Counted from the stretch's first letter, positions 1 to 14,251 are shown. The stretch: 64,000 nt of DNA from Chrysomallon squamiferum (GCA_012295275.1 CM022665.1:6882001-6946000), one strand, 5' to 3'. Numbers and translations are program-made. The notes: a model not told the origin generated them from the letters alone.

Positions 1-246
1 GCAACCCAAGCGTTGTTAATTCCATAACTTCCATCTGTATTAATTCAGTGTTTCAGTATCAACTAATAGCTGTAGCTTATGCTCAAATACAGCTGTTAAA
101 TGAACACAAAGAATACTGCAAAGAAAAAAGAAGAAGAAAACAAACAAAATAAACTTGCCATACTGTAATATTGTTATTTACTATCCATTTGCAGCACAAA
201 ATCACTTTGCAGATTTGCCTGATTTTAATGTAATCAGTGTTTTTAC

Positions 247-297
247 CTTTTCAGTTCTTTGTCTTCCGTAGGTTCTGTTTCATCAACATAGACATTC
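247..297 (-). CDS. Possible 51-nt internal exon of a minus-strand gene (NVYVDETEPTEDKELK)
   Basis: Minus strand reads tttccttacag|GAATGTC...CTGAAAAG|gtaaaa; only one of three frames is open (phase 2-2). No homology recognised and neighbouring exons could not be joined reliably. Confidence 0.3.
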
Positions 298-2233
298 CTG
301 TAAGGAAACAGATTTAGCATGTTTTGTTCTGAAAATCATTTATGCATTGCATCTTTTCATTTATTCATTTGCCATGTGGTTTTCTGATTATTATTATTAT
401 TATTATTATTAATATTATTATTATTATTTATTTATTTATTTATTTTTTATTCCTTGGTCATTCAGGGTTTTGTATTAATAAACGTTTGCTAAAGATAATG
501 TCTTTGTTGTTTGTTGTCAGAATTTGATACATTTTATTATTTTAAAAAATGGTCATAATAAAGTGCCAAAATAAAAATGCTCAAACTAAGAACTGTAACC
601 ATGTACACAAAAATACTTCAAGTTTAAAACTCAAATGCATGATCTTACATAATTATTGTTTCTGTCTCTATAATACTGCAATATTATATTTCTGGACAAG
701 TGAAAGAAAATGTTGACAAGCTTCGAACCAAATTCCTTTATTTTCAAGCCCCAAAAACAAACAATAACAAAATCTTATTCAGGCAAACGATAAAGGTATA
801 TGTAATTGGATGAACTGTGTCAGTCTCATGGCAGTTTTGGGGTCTTTATTTATTTATTTTATAGTTTTAGATGATCCACAATTTGCACAGACAGTGTATT
901 TATATGTCTCAGTTGTAAGTTTGACCTAGAATCAACTCTGTCTTCCTTTTGCAATGAAATAAATTTTCTAAGTAAATAACACAATTGGTATCAACACTGT
1001 GTACTGAAAATGGGTGCCTTCAGCTGTCAAATCTCATGAAATAATAGGTCGTCGTGATCCAGATTAAGTCAACAGCGCCAAAACTAGGTCAACTATTTAT
1101 TGATTAGCCTGACAAGAGAATTCAAACCCGATGCCTCACCGACATAATATTACAAAAATAGATATTTTTGAAAATAGATAGGATGCACAAGGACTAGGAC
1201 CATAATGACAAAATCAGTTTCATTTGCTAAATAAACATTAATTGGATTAATTTGTGGGAATTGTTTTATATATCATTTAATTTAGCCCCAAAAGGTATAA
1301 ACGTATCTTTAAAATACTCATAAGAAAATGTATTTACTTCGGCAGTATTGTACACACCAAGGCTTTTAATAACAAAGCTTTATACCCAGTTCTTTCTGTA
1401 TTAATTTATAACAAAATAATTTTTCTTGATATTCTAATTTTTTTTAAAGTATTTCTAATATAATTTTAATAACAAATGATTTATAGTTTATATAAAAAGT
1501 ACAGATATGTCTCTTTTTCCACAATATTTGAAATAATAATAATCTGCATGTTTGCAGGATATTGACCTCATATCGCTCCAACAGCTAGCTATGTTACGAT
1601 CGATAATGAGAATTTTTCGAACGATTGTCTGCTTTAGAAGCAGTTTTTTGTCTCTCTTATTTCTTTTTTTTATCCCCCCTTCTCGCTCACCAGACTATTC
1701 GTGACGTAAATGGTGCAAGCGTCAGTACATGTTTTACAAATGACGACAAAGCCGTATAATGTTTTTTGCATGCTATTGGTTACCTGTTACGGATTCATCT
1801 CATAACAGATTGCCCCATATCTTTCATCTAGTGTGTATCAGAAAGGTTAAAATAAAGGCAACAACACACACATACACGAATATATACACTTCATGTTCGC
1901 CGATTCATTTTAAAATTGTTAAAATAAGTTATAGCAATACATTCAGCGTGTTTCATCGGCACAAATAATAAATACGTTTGTAATCTTTCAAGATTCGAAA
2001 CCTCGTACAAATGAAAACGATACAAACGCCTACATACAGTATTTAAACATGTTCGCTTTGTTGAAAGGATAGGTTGACGTGTGCGTTGGAAGAAAAACAG
2101 GTTTATTATTTGAAACAGCTGCTTTGTTAATAGCTGATCATTGGTACACTCCTTTTTAAACATATTCACGTCTGTTATTTTTTGTATTGATTTTTTATGA
2201 ATAATGTTCTAGTCTTTAATCATTTTGATTCAG

Positions 2234-2266
<33 letters not shown>

Positions 2267-2355
2267 TTTTTTTTTTTTTTTTTGGTCTGCCATAACTACA
2301 TTTTATTCCTCTATAATCTCTTCGTTATTATTATTATTATAGAAGTGTGTGTGCG

Positions 2356-2387
<32 letters not shown>

Positions 2388-4152
2388 AATTGTTTGACAT
2401 AATTATTTGGTTCAAGGTAGTTCACTGCACGATTTATATACTCGTAATATCGGAGGTGTACGTCCTACGCAATTACTGCATCTAGTAAACAAGTTATCGA
2501 TTTGCTAACATTTCCAAGTAGTTGTTTGTCGTAAACACGCAGTACGTCAAGCATTCCTTGCGTGAAAATAAAGAAGTCGACCAGCCCAAAACAAGGCAAT
2601 ATCACGTGATAAGATTTCCAGACAGTGTAATATAAAATCCATGTTATCATCGCAGACTCTAATTTTGTTTGCACGGTTAGGTCAAGTGCCCTGTTTTCTG
2701 TCCAATGGAATGTAACTACGCAAGTACAATGTGTGACGTTGATAGACGAAACTCCGCCCTTTGACGTTATCCGGCATCTTCGTGGCTGTATGCTTGAATA
2801 CTTGCGTGTAGGCTGGGCATGCCATTCATGGTAACTACTTACGTACTTGCACTGTACTCTGTTTATCTGGTTCACGGTATCTAGTGCAAATTTACTTAAG
2901 TATTCACAGTGAAGTACGTCATGGTATTTGGGTTATCCTGAGCTCGACGATGTATTCGTTTATTATCAAAATGACTGTCCCCATAATTTTATTGGAGTTG
3001 AATTAAACTTTGGTGTGTTTTTTTCATGTTAGATTTAGTTGTCCATTATTCGTCATTTGATATGCATTACGGAGATGGATCCATGATGTAACTGTATTTT
3101 ATTTGTGAGAATGCTATACATTGCATGATCTGTACTGTAGATATATTTATTTAGCCTATGCAACATAAATACAAGCACACAAATATACACTTACACGAAC
3201 AGGTAAATTTGTGGTAAAGTTCAGTTTTGGTTTCAAAAATCATTTTACAGTCTAACAACATGTGGCCTATAATATCTGTAACTGTTTGAATCTGTAATAT
3301 CGTGACGCATTGTATTGTATTACATTCTACTGTAGTGTACTGTGTAGAGCTGTATTGTATTGCATTGTATTTTTATTATTATTTGCTATGAGCACAGGAA
3401 ATTTCAACGATCATTGAAAAGTATTAAGGCGAAGCTTCTAATATGCAGTAATATTTGGAATTTTGTAAATTATCGGCATAGGTCAACTAATGATTTGTGC
3501 GGACTTAAACACCGGTTCGAAGATTTTGGAATACTCTTAACAAGGGCAGACCAGCACGTGGTAAGTGAGCCACGTGGTAAGTGAGAAGCGGGTTGCCAAA
3601 TTGCAAGCCTTCCTTTTCAACCTAAGCAACTGTTTGGTATAGCTATATTAGGGCTCTCTAGGGAAACTGATGATCATATTCAATATTAACTATTTCACTC
3701 ATTAATTTGGTAATTATTTTAAAATTTTGATTTTACATTTTTCAGGACGCTGTATTTATTGAACAAAATAAATTACTGATTACAATTTTTTTAAATTATT
3801 GTTTAATCTAAGAAATAAACGTCCGCATTTATTTAACTGAAAAGCATATTTATAGGTTTCTTTTTTTTTTTTTTTTTTTTTTTAAATGTTATTTTCTATA
3901 AATAAAAGACATTCTTAAAATCGACTAAAATATTATTCCGAGCTTTTAAATGAACACCAGTGTTCGCTGTAGTCATGACAACGTTTAAATTAAATTCAAC
4001 GATACATTTTTCGATAAAAATAACGTCAGTGTTTACATCGGCGATGTAATCTTTATTATCGGTATATCCTACAAACAGTTGGATTCAAAACCCAAGTTAC
4101 AGTACCGCGCTATGTGAACAATGTGGAAATTCTTCCTTTATTTTTTATATAT

Positions 4153-4198
4153 ATGTTAACTGTATTTTCCAGTCCTTCCGACTTCATGTGTACTTACA

Positions 4199-4199
<1 letters not shown>
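4153..4199. repeat. 47-bp exact direct repeat, second copy at 6252-6298
   Basis: atgttaactgtattttccagtccttccgacttcatgtgtacttacat is present at both positions. Confidence 0.85.
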
Positions 4200-4230
<31 letters not shown>

Positions 4231-5379
4231 CACACACACAAACACATGTTTCTGCTACATATAACAGTTAACTTCTTCTTTGGCAAACAAAGACTGGAAC
4301 CAAAACCATGGTTGTTAACAAATGTTGATTCTTATAAAAAAAAAAAAAAAATAATAATAATAATAATAAAATAAATAAGTAATAATAAAAAGAAATAATG
4401 GAAAAAAAAAAAGAAGAAGAATGAAAAACCTTTCTTTGTCTGGTATTGAATCTGTGAAATAAATTTTTTTAAAAGTCAACTGACAACAACCGTTACTTGA
4501 AATGACACAAATCATATTATATTTAATGGTTTTGGTATAACGACTAGAAACAAATGATTTTTCTTCAGATATGACTAAGAAAGAATGCGATGAATTATTG
4601 TCCATTATTTAAATGAACGTTCATTATACGAGTGATTTATTTCTCAAATGGGATATAATAATTATTTCAATCGATGTGTTTGGACAAACCGACAACACAT
4701 TACGAAAACTTTTACAGATGGATTCTTTCACACTGTAACCATGGGCAACAGCGTAAAGGTGTCTAGGCTGTTCATCACAAAGGCTAAAGGGTACTGTAAT
4801 CTCAACAGGAAACCAAAATATTTTTATTTATTATTTTCAAGACATGACAATTACATTAATAATAATAATAAAACACAACTCATCGAAACTATAGTTTAAG
4901 CGGGTTTGAGAAATGAGAGAGAAAATCCATATTGTTTGAATAAATAAAAAAATAAAATAAAAAAGAACGAACAAAAACACAAAAATAACATACAGTGAAA
5001 AGAAAATCCACAAGTATCAGCTATGTGTAGTAACATAAAAAAAAAAAAAAAACATGGAAATTACCCAAACCAACATTTTCGTTGAAAATTTCCCGTTATT
5101 AATTTTTAAAACACATTTGTAACAACGTCTCTTCGAAGTATCTAAATTTGAAAGTTCACTATTTTTTTTTTTTTTTTAATTATTGTTTTAGTGCTTTTAT
5201 AAATAGACAAAGAATCTACTCTGTGTACTTAATAACGAACGAATCAATACTGGATTCAACAGTTCCAGGTTTCAGGCCAGGCTAAAATAATTAGATATGT
5301 ATATATAATGAACATTCATTGCTTTTACTTCTGAATCTTCAAACAGTTTGCACTTTTAGAACTTGTAGAGGATAACAAA

Positions 5380-5411
<32 letters not shown>

Positions 5412-5425
5412 TTTATTTTATTTTA

Positions 5426-5465
<40 letters not shown>

Positions 5466-6289
5466 GCTTTTTTTTTTTTTTTTTTCAAAATCTGGTAAAG
5501 AACCAATTAACTAATATAACTGGAATCACACTGAATGACACATGTCAGGCACATTACAAATGTACATTCAGTTATTCTTCTTTTTAAAAACAAAATGTTA
5601 AGTATCAGTAGCAGTACTAGTAGCAGTAGTAATAATAAATACACCATCTTCAGCAAATAACAAATGCGGTTCGTACATTATGATTGATATACATGCACAC
5701 TGTTTGTCTTGTGATTCATCATATTCTCAAACTGTAAGTACCGTGCTCAAAAAAATACAGTAGCTAACATATTCCACCGTCTCCTTTTTCACCTTTAATG
5801 AGCAAAGGTTAAATAAGTACTAGGCGCATTACATATTAATTATCTCGAGTTTTGTCGATAATTCCCAAAGTTTTGTCAATGTGGAGTCTGGGAACAACAC
5901 AATAGTTATTGTGATTTACATAGACTGAACGAGGACAAAGTAATCACCAAGTAAATTTGGATCGATAAGAGATTCACCTGTTTAAAGGCGTGTTGTCAAT
6001 TACTAGGGTAATGTGGGCTTGTGCTTTGGTTTGGTGACTTAAATCTGGGAGTGGCAAAAAAAAGAAAAAAAGAACAGAACAAAGAAATGATAATGAAATG
6101 AAACAGGCTCAAGGGGTAAAAGGAACAAAGAAATACTGTTTTATATTTTTAACACATATATTTATAAACAGAAGAAAGGAAAAATACAGTTAACATTTTT
6201 CGATTTCTGTTCGTAGATATTATACATATATTCAATCGTTTATCGAAGAGAATGTTAACTGTATTTTCCAGTCCTTCCGACTTCATGTG

Positions 6290-6350
6290 TACTTACATCA
6301 AAAATTCACAGAGAGCAAATAATGTTTGCTGCCATCTTTGTTGTCTGAAA
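6290..6350 (-). promoter_or_regulatory. Candidate non-coding first exon/TSS region of a minus-strand gene
   Basis: Minus strand: caAAGATGGCagc (YY1-like core) followed ~35 nt later by a consensus donor GAT|GTAAGT; the ATG closes at TGA after 9 codons. Confidence 0.3.
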
Positions 6351-9300
6351 AACTGAACTTGTTCCTTTATGACACAACTGTACGTATACAACTGTATGTA
6401 TTCACACGCATAATACGTATTTTAGTAAGTGGTACACTCCTTAAAACAGAAAAAAAAAAAAAAAAAAAAAAAAAAGTATTTCTTTTTATACATCTATAAT
6501 CTGTCTGATTTTGTGTTCTGTCGTGGTTTTATATTTTTGTATGTTTGTTTCCACACACACACATACACACAATAATAATATTAATAATAATAATAATAAT
6601 AATAATTTCTAATGTGCCAACAATTCATTTTTAAAAATACAATGATGTTCATACATCGGATTTATAAACGGAACATAATGAATATTACTGACTCTTGAAA
6701 ATATTAAAATAACACTAATAAAATATAATTAAAAAAAAAAAAAAAAAAACAAAATAATAATAAAAGGTCTTTATTGTCTTTATTAATGCGCCCCTCCCCC
6801 AGTATATCCTCATTTGGTTTTTACTTCAGATCATCAACTGTTACTTCTTTTTTTATCTTTATTTTTAACGCGAGTCTGGGCCAGGTCACACAAGGAGATT
6901 AAAAATGCAGACAGATCGACAAATACAGTTTGACCTAAAATCCATAGTGACCGAATTTTCAGTTCAAGTATGGTTAACAGCACGAAACTAGGACAATCCC
7001 CGATGGCGGATGTTTGTTCGGTTTCCATATATGCAGTTTGTATTTCAGTAAAATAGTTATGTCACTTAAAATAGAATGGCAGGTTTATATTTAACTTAGC
7101 TCTCAGTCTCGACAAATAATTATACGTTTTGAACAGTTTTTTGATATACTGCATGTTTTAACGTGCTGTAACGTGCTTTGAACCGATATTTAAAAGTGAA
7201 CCTAAGAGTTCATGCCATACCCTTATACTTATAGCTTTTTTTTCATTTACATTTCTGCTTTTTTTCAAACTAACACTTTGTCTTGTAATTCCAGAGATTT
7301 GAACATAAAATTATATCCAGCGTGAAAAAAGTGTTAGTGACCAAATTCCAAACATGTAGTGACAAGTTGTAGTTACGTGAAAGTATTTGTACTGGAGTTA
7401 TTAACAACGAAACGTGACGTATAAAACTGGCCAAAGGACGGATGCTGTTAACTGGTCTTCTAGGTCAATTGTAAGACCACTCCTAAGATAAAAAATATTA
7501 AATTTGGCATAATAGTTTATTTGTTTTAGCAAAATTAACGCACCTTACACGGCTTTTACAAGTGAAAGAAGGAAACAGGTTAAATAAACAATTTTAAAAA
7601 ATTAAACGAGAAAAAACAAACAGAAAAAAAAAAAAAAAAAAAAAAAAGAGATAGTGGGAAAAAGGAAACAGGTTAAAAACAAATGAAAGGAAATATATTA
7701 AGAATGTTTATTACAATATCTAAATAATATGTTTCTGATTATTATCATAAAGATAATATATCTTCTCGCTTGTACAAAGTACATGTCGTTATGTGTATGT
7801 TCCAGGCTAATTTGATAGATGAGACGGGTTTAGACGTGAAACGCACAGACTGTCTTGACAGACGTTGAGAAGGATATACTCTCTGTAAGATTTAGTTGAC
7901 AGAAAAAGCATTGTTTGTTTTCACCTGTCAACGAACACCTGGAGAAGCGATTAGTACACAAAAAATAAGATATGTTCACCATACAAGCACTATCTTTGAA
8001 CGACGAAAATAGTAATTTAGAGGCGTGTATTTCACTATACACTGTGTTTTTTATAGGTACTCTTACAGATATAGTGGTAAATTTCTATGCAGAACAGTAC
8101 TGTAACATGGGCAAGTAGAAGGTACTTAGAATAGGGATGAGAATGCTTGATTCTGAGCTGTGATTAAAATTATATTTTAAAGGAGCAAATAGTGCAGTTT
8201 AATTCATACTTGTCAGTATCATTTGGTGTCTACTTTTTTTTTTTTCTTTTAGCCGTTTATGAAAAGTTTTAAATATAACTATTAAATCAATAAAATACTT
8301 TTTGGAACCTATTAATCGTTTAAGTTAAGATACACTAAGGGGAAAAAAAATCATTAATTCATTCTAAGAATGTTGTGATTTTTATTAGAAACATTCCGAA
8401 ATTATGTTTCCCTTTAACATGTCCGTTTTAATTTATTTCAGTTTATTTCCTTAAAAGAGAAGTTTTGATATCTGACTACAGGTAAATCTTTTCATCGCTG
8501 TGTCATATTTTCTTGTTTATATGTGGTTATATATAATGAACAAACGATGAAGCACACTAATTTGGATCTAATTCAGTCTGACATCAAACCAGAATGGTAA
8601 CAAAGTAATTAATAAAAACCTGTTATTGTTATTTTAGAGGAAATGCATGATAATGGCGGCCATTCATGATAACCGTGACGTAACACTGATATCAAAAGGA
8701 ACTAACACAATAGGAGAGAATAATAGCTCCGTGATCTTCACTACCGTCAATTAAATCACTTTGTTTAAATTCATTTGTTAAACAATAATTGCGCAAGTTA
8801 TATAACATCTGTGTAATTTATGTCGCGGGAAGGTTTGGTTTGATATTCTGGCTATTTAAATAACTGTGTTCTCTTCCTGTCTTGCGCTGTCAACTGCTTG
8901 ATTTTAGGTTACTCATCAACGTATTTTCATTTCTATCATTAGTTGTTGATTTTTTTCCGTTTTTTTTTTTTTTTTTTTTTTACTTTACTGAAAGCTGAAA
9001 CAAATGAAATACATAATATGATAATAAAAATCCTAATATATACTGATCATATTGTTAGCGGTAAAAATTAAGTGTACAATAATCCAACCAGCTAAGTATA
9101 GGATAAAATACTTTACCACCCACAAAGTTTTGAATAGAGTAGAATATCTTACGTTTTTACGGAAGAAAATGACGTAAATAATTTTATTACCTAAGTTCAT
9201 TTTAACCAGTTAGAAATAATAACATTTCTCAGTTTATTCACTTAGGACACTGATTGTTCGGAAGAGGAAGATAATTGTATATGGGTACTTCCTTATTCAT

Positions 9301-10261
9301 TTGAACCAGGATTACAACAGCACGAAAATCCTGCTGTATATTCATTTAAGCAGTTATCTTGTGCATTTCCCTTGCTCATTTATTGCTGAGCTATTTTGTT
9401 TAAGTAATGAACTTTTTACCTCGTGTATGCCGCAGTGATGACAATTAAACCACTTTTCACGTGTTTTTTTGTTTTTTATTAACTAAATAGTCATTTACCA
9501 TATATGGTTTTTTATTTATTCATTTATTTATTTATTATTGCAGTATAAAACAGAATTTTAGAAACCAAAATGTCATAGCAGACAAATTATCAACTTGTAG
9601 ATGATGAATTGTCGCAGTAAACCTAATTTCGACAGACAACAATGAAGTAGGACAAGACAAAAATGTCTAAAGATCTTCGAACCAAAATCTTCTAAATAGC
9701 TTACTGATAAATTTAGTATGGCAGCACCTTGGTTATGGAATACTTAGGTTTACATGACAGACTACTGCGGCATCATGATTATTATTAACCATTATTGTCA
9801 AACCACAATCTGAGCTTCTAAACCTCTATCCACATGTTTAAAAATATCGAGTAGGTTATTTATAGAACGAGGTACTGTAGAATGAAACAAACAGAACTGT
9901 GTGCTCGGTTCATGAATTTGGTGGGCTGATGTAACGGTCAGTCAAAGCTGATTAATTATCGCCTTCGGGTGAAAGCAACGGGAAGTCGGATTTAGAAATT
10001 GGACGATGTTAATTTAAAACAGGCCTACGGGCAGACTGAAAGATGACACCCATTCGAAAGGCATGTTTCTTTGATGTGCAGAAGGTCGTATGTTAGAAGA
10101 CTAGAGTTGCGTGGAGATTCCGTTTCTGTTAATGAAGTTATTTGTTCAGGTTATCTGAAACACTAATAACTTGGATACTTCGAATTATCTGAACATCATT
10201 TCATTTAGGTCATTTCTAGGAATTATCTATGGAACAATTTTCTTTGAAAGTATAAGGAAAG

Positions 10262-10324
10262 TATCCCACATGGACAATATCCTACAGTGTCATTACGTAT
10301 GTAGGATATTGTCCATATGAGATA
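10262..10324. repeat. 25-bp inverted repeat hairpin with 13-nt loop
   Basis: tatcccacatggacaatatcctaca ... tgtaggatattgtccatatgagata; 17-bp perfect inner stem and two mismatches. Confidence 0.85.
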
Positions 10325-11706
10325 TTTGAACGAGTGAATGAATGGATTTATTTGAAATTGTTTCCTTATAAATATATTATTTCACAGACACGCAAAATTC
10401 ATACCATACCGTCTTAATATTCAAATGAAACAGAACTTTTCTTTCTTTTAAACGTAGAAGGTTATTAATCAGAAATATTAGTATCACATTTATTTTTGAA
10501 ATATAACTTGTCATTTAACCACATACCAACTGATAGGGATTCCTAGTCATCCAGCTCAAAACATCTGTATTTCATAATACAACCAGGTATGCGAAAAGCC
10601 AAGATACATAAGTCTTTGTGCTAAGTCTTAACTGTGTTACATTTAAACATTGTTAAGAACTGAAAAATAGTGAGATCCTTTTCCTTTAAAATCCAGAATG
10701 CCCAAGAAACTGTTACTGAAGAAGGACATTTAACAAACATGATTTCAGTTTAACGGTATCATACTGGTTAGTATCCCTTTGTCCATTTATCTGTTCGAGA
10801 TCCTAATAAACGTTATTTTAATGTAAGTTCTAAAATAATACCAGCAGTGATCTTTTCTCTGTCCAGTTTCAAGAGAATTTAAACATAATCAATTATATGT
10901 TTTATTAAATACATTTGGGGAGGTGATTCTTTGTCGTTCGAAGATTTTTTTAACGATGGAGAAATGATACCGTGCATTAATACTCTCATCTCATATGGTT
11001 CAAAATAATAAAAACATGACTTGGTTTGTTCCTGTGTTTTCTGGAGATGATGGAGAATTTATAATTAAAGAGCTAATACTGCTTCTTAGTACATCTGTGC
11101 ACGATTTCCCTGACGGTCATAAATTATATTTAATGAATACAAATTTTTCATTGTGTTGTCTTTATTGTTCTTTTAAGCTTCCAGTTAATATTGCGTCTGA
11201 AATATTTTCACAGAACTCTCAGTGTTTTGACCCACAGTTCAGAAAGAAGGATTTTATAATTATTATTATTTTTTTTTTTAAAATAGCTTCACACGTTCTT
11301 TTCTGTATTATGATAAAATAAAGGACAATAGTTAATAAACCGGTCGCAAGAAATCTATAAATGCAGGTTGAATTCATTTTCGAGCCTCGAGGTCCCCCAG
11401 GATCTGAATCCATTAGTCGGATTTGTAAATTATGGGTAAAGTATTAGTTTCATAACCTGCTAGAAGTTTTGGTTATTTAATGATTCAACCGACTATAAAC
11501 TTTATTATTTATTTTATTTTATTGTATTATTAAATTATGATATAATTTTCGACTTCTTTTTATTGTGCCGGTGTATTTTTACGTACCGTGATACTCTTGT
11601 CGACATGCATATTCTGTTTTATTATTTAAAATGTAAAAAAAAAAAAAATAGACAATGTAATTTGTTATTAAAATTGAGTTATATTAAAAATACATACATA
11701 CACACC

Positions 11707-11710
<4 letters not shown>

Positions 11711-11778
<68 letters not shown>
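11711..11778. repeat. (GA)n microsatellite
   Basis: Pure GA run. Confidence 0.97.
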
Positions 11779-11780
<2 letters not shown>

Positions 11781-13429
11781 TCGAATAAAGAAGTATGGAG
11801 CGCTATATCAAATAAATAGTGTGACAGTTCATAAATATTGTACCATTGATTTAACTTCTACAAATCTTTGCACGGCAAGAATTGGTTAGGATAATAATTA
11901 TAGTCCTGGACAGATGACCCTTTGACTTGAGACCATTACAAATAATAGTTATTGACCGATGAGAACAAAACATCTCATAAATATGAATAAGTTTAACAAC
12001 TCTTACGTAAAATGAGTCAGAATATGAAAATAAAATGGACGATTATATTTAGAAAAGAAAACGCAGCTTAGGTGACAGACAAATACAAACATCAACTTCA
12101 GTCAAGTTTCTGTCCTCAAAACAGCTGCATTCTGGACGTGCGTTTTATGTAGGCCTATACTCGGAGACTTAAAGACAAAGCATCCCTCATTTCTACCACT
12201 AATATTAGAGTATCAATATTTTAAGAAGCCTGCACTATGTGATAATGTATGATTTGGGATTGGGTCAGTGTTTTATTGAAGATTAACCATGAATTAATCA
12301 CTAACTGTTCTTCAGATATTATATCTGTCACATAAAATATCCACTTTACATGACTAAAGCAAAACAGTTAATTCTAGAACTCATAGTATGACAGCATTGT
12401 GCTGAAATTACTAACACATTCGCCAGATCAATATTATTTTATATCCTGTAAGGTCACTGGTCAAACTGTCACTTTATTAGTTCCCACAAGAGATATTTTT
12501 TTTAAGTTACTTTGTCTAAAAACACACGGGTCAAGAAGATACCAGCTGTCGGTTGAAATTTGCGCGTGTTTCAAGGGCAATTCCAGCGCGTGCCCCGAAG
12601 GATGCTATTGAATGTCTATGGAGGTCATTAATCGTGATCGGATCAGGTCACTTAACTGACGCATGCGTGTCTGCCTTTGTATCGAACAAAGACTTTAATA
12701 ACATCTGACCACAGGTTAACTTTTGACACGTTGAGAAAATACCGAAACAATCACCAGTATTGACAATATAAAAGGCTGATTGGCATATCTTATTATGCGA
12801 CTATTATTAACATTTAATACCAGTACTTTGTGAATGCTTGTACAGTATAGCACTTAATCAAATTATTTGTTATCGTTGATGTGCGGATATTGGCTTTAAC
12901 CAATTTCTGTTATATAGTTTAAAAGGACAGGTTTTTGAAATGGTTATGTCATACATATCGAAATTTTAGCATAAAACATGGTAACTAAGTCAGACCATGG
13001 TGATTTTTAACATGCGGACGTTTTGTCTCTTCCGTTGCAGACCTGTGAAACGTGAGAACGTTTCAACCAATGGACGTTTTGACTGCGTGCCAAACGTTTT
13101 TAAGCTTTCATTAATTCAAGTGATGAAAAACAAAACCAATAAAAGATACATCATCCCAGCCCACTCAAACATTCGCCAAATATTGACGATTTTCATCATC
13201 AGAATTTGTTATTAATATTTGTGTATACAAAAAAAATAAATAACCAAATATTAAATAGAATATATTAGTGAATACAAATATAAATTAAAAGCAACACAAT
13301 TCACTATTAAGTTCTCTGTATAACGTTTTGCAATGGAACAAAAATATAAAAATAAATAAAATTTAAAACAAATAAATAAATAAATAAATAAAAAGTAATC
13401 AAATACCGTTAAATGATGATGATGATAAT

Positions 13430-13660
13430 AATATTAATATTAGCTGTTGCTGTAACAGTGGTAAATAGTTAAGAAATTAATATATATACATATAAAATGC
13501 CATTTTGACAGATGTTTTACCATATGTTGAATTGTATACGTTATATACATATCATAATGTCTAATATATTTTTAGTATCAATATGTCATTATATATATTA
13601 ATTTCTTAATTATTCACCACTGCTGCAATAACAACTAATAATACTACTGTTACTACTGAC

Positions 13661-13698
<38 letters not shown>

Positions 13699-13916
13699 TT
13701 ATTATTATTATTATTGTTGTTGTTGTTATATAATGTCTGCATGTAGGTTAACATTTGTTACAGGAAGTGCAGATGCTTTGTACATATATCTGCATTCAGA
13801 GTAATGATAATGGCATATTGCTACTAAAACTGTACACTATAATATTACCCATTGTGTCATGTATATAATGTATATACGATACAACAACATATGGTATAAC
13901 ATCTGCCATAAGTGGC
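13430..13916. repeat. Interleaved degenerate inverted repeats (A-B-A'-microsatellite-B')
   Basis: ~13430-13490 is the reverse complement of ~13590-13650; ~13499-13588 is the reverse complement of ~13811-13916; a (TAA)n/(TTA)n tract lies at 13661-13715. Confidence 0.65.
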
Positions 13917-14190
13917 GAGTTATAATTTGTAGCAGATGGACGTCAGAAATGGCCCAGGGTCCTGTAACGGTGTGGTCGTTCATAGCTTGAATGTATCTGA
14001 TTATTTATGTACTAGCCACAGGCTGTGTGGTGCTGGTGGCCATGTCCATTACGTAAACCATCTAAAGCAAAAGGTTCGATCTGTGACGCAATATATGCTA
14101 ATTATTAAATTAGCATTGTATCCAATTCAAGCGCATGTGCAAGGACATTAGGTGTTTTGGAGTCGAAAACTTATTCAAAGTGAATTACAA

Positions 14191-14251
<61 letters not shown>

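Noticed and set aside
649-691. Candidate minus-strand exon (ccag|aaatata...aattat|gtaaga)
   Set aside because: Its only open frame ends in phase 0, incompatible with the phase-2 exon at 247-297.
2465-2875. 136-aa minus-strand ORF in a GC-richer patch
   Set aside because: Non-ATG start, no recognisable motif and no consistent exon boundaries.
9600-10200. Higher-complexity stretch that may be a decayed transposon
   Set aside because: No interpretable protein motif or terminal repeats could be read by eye.
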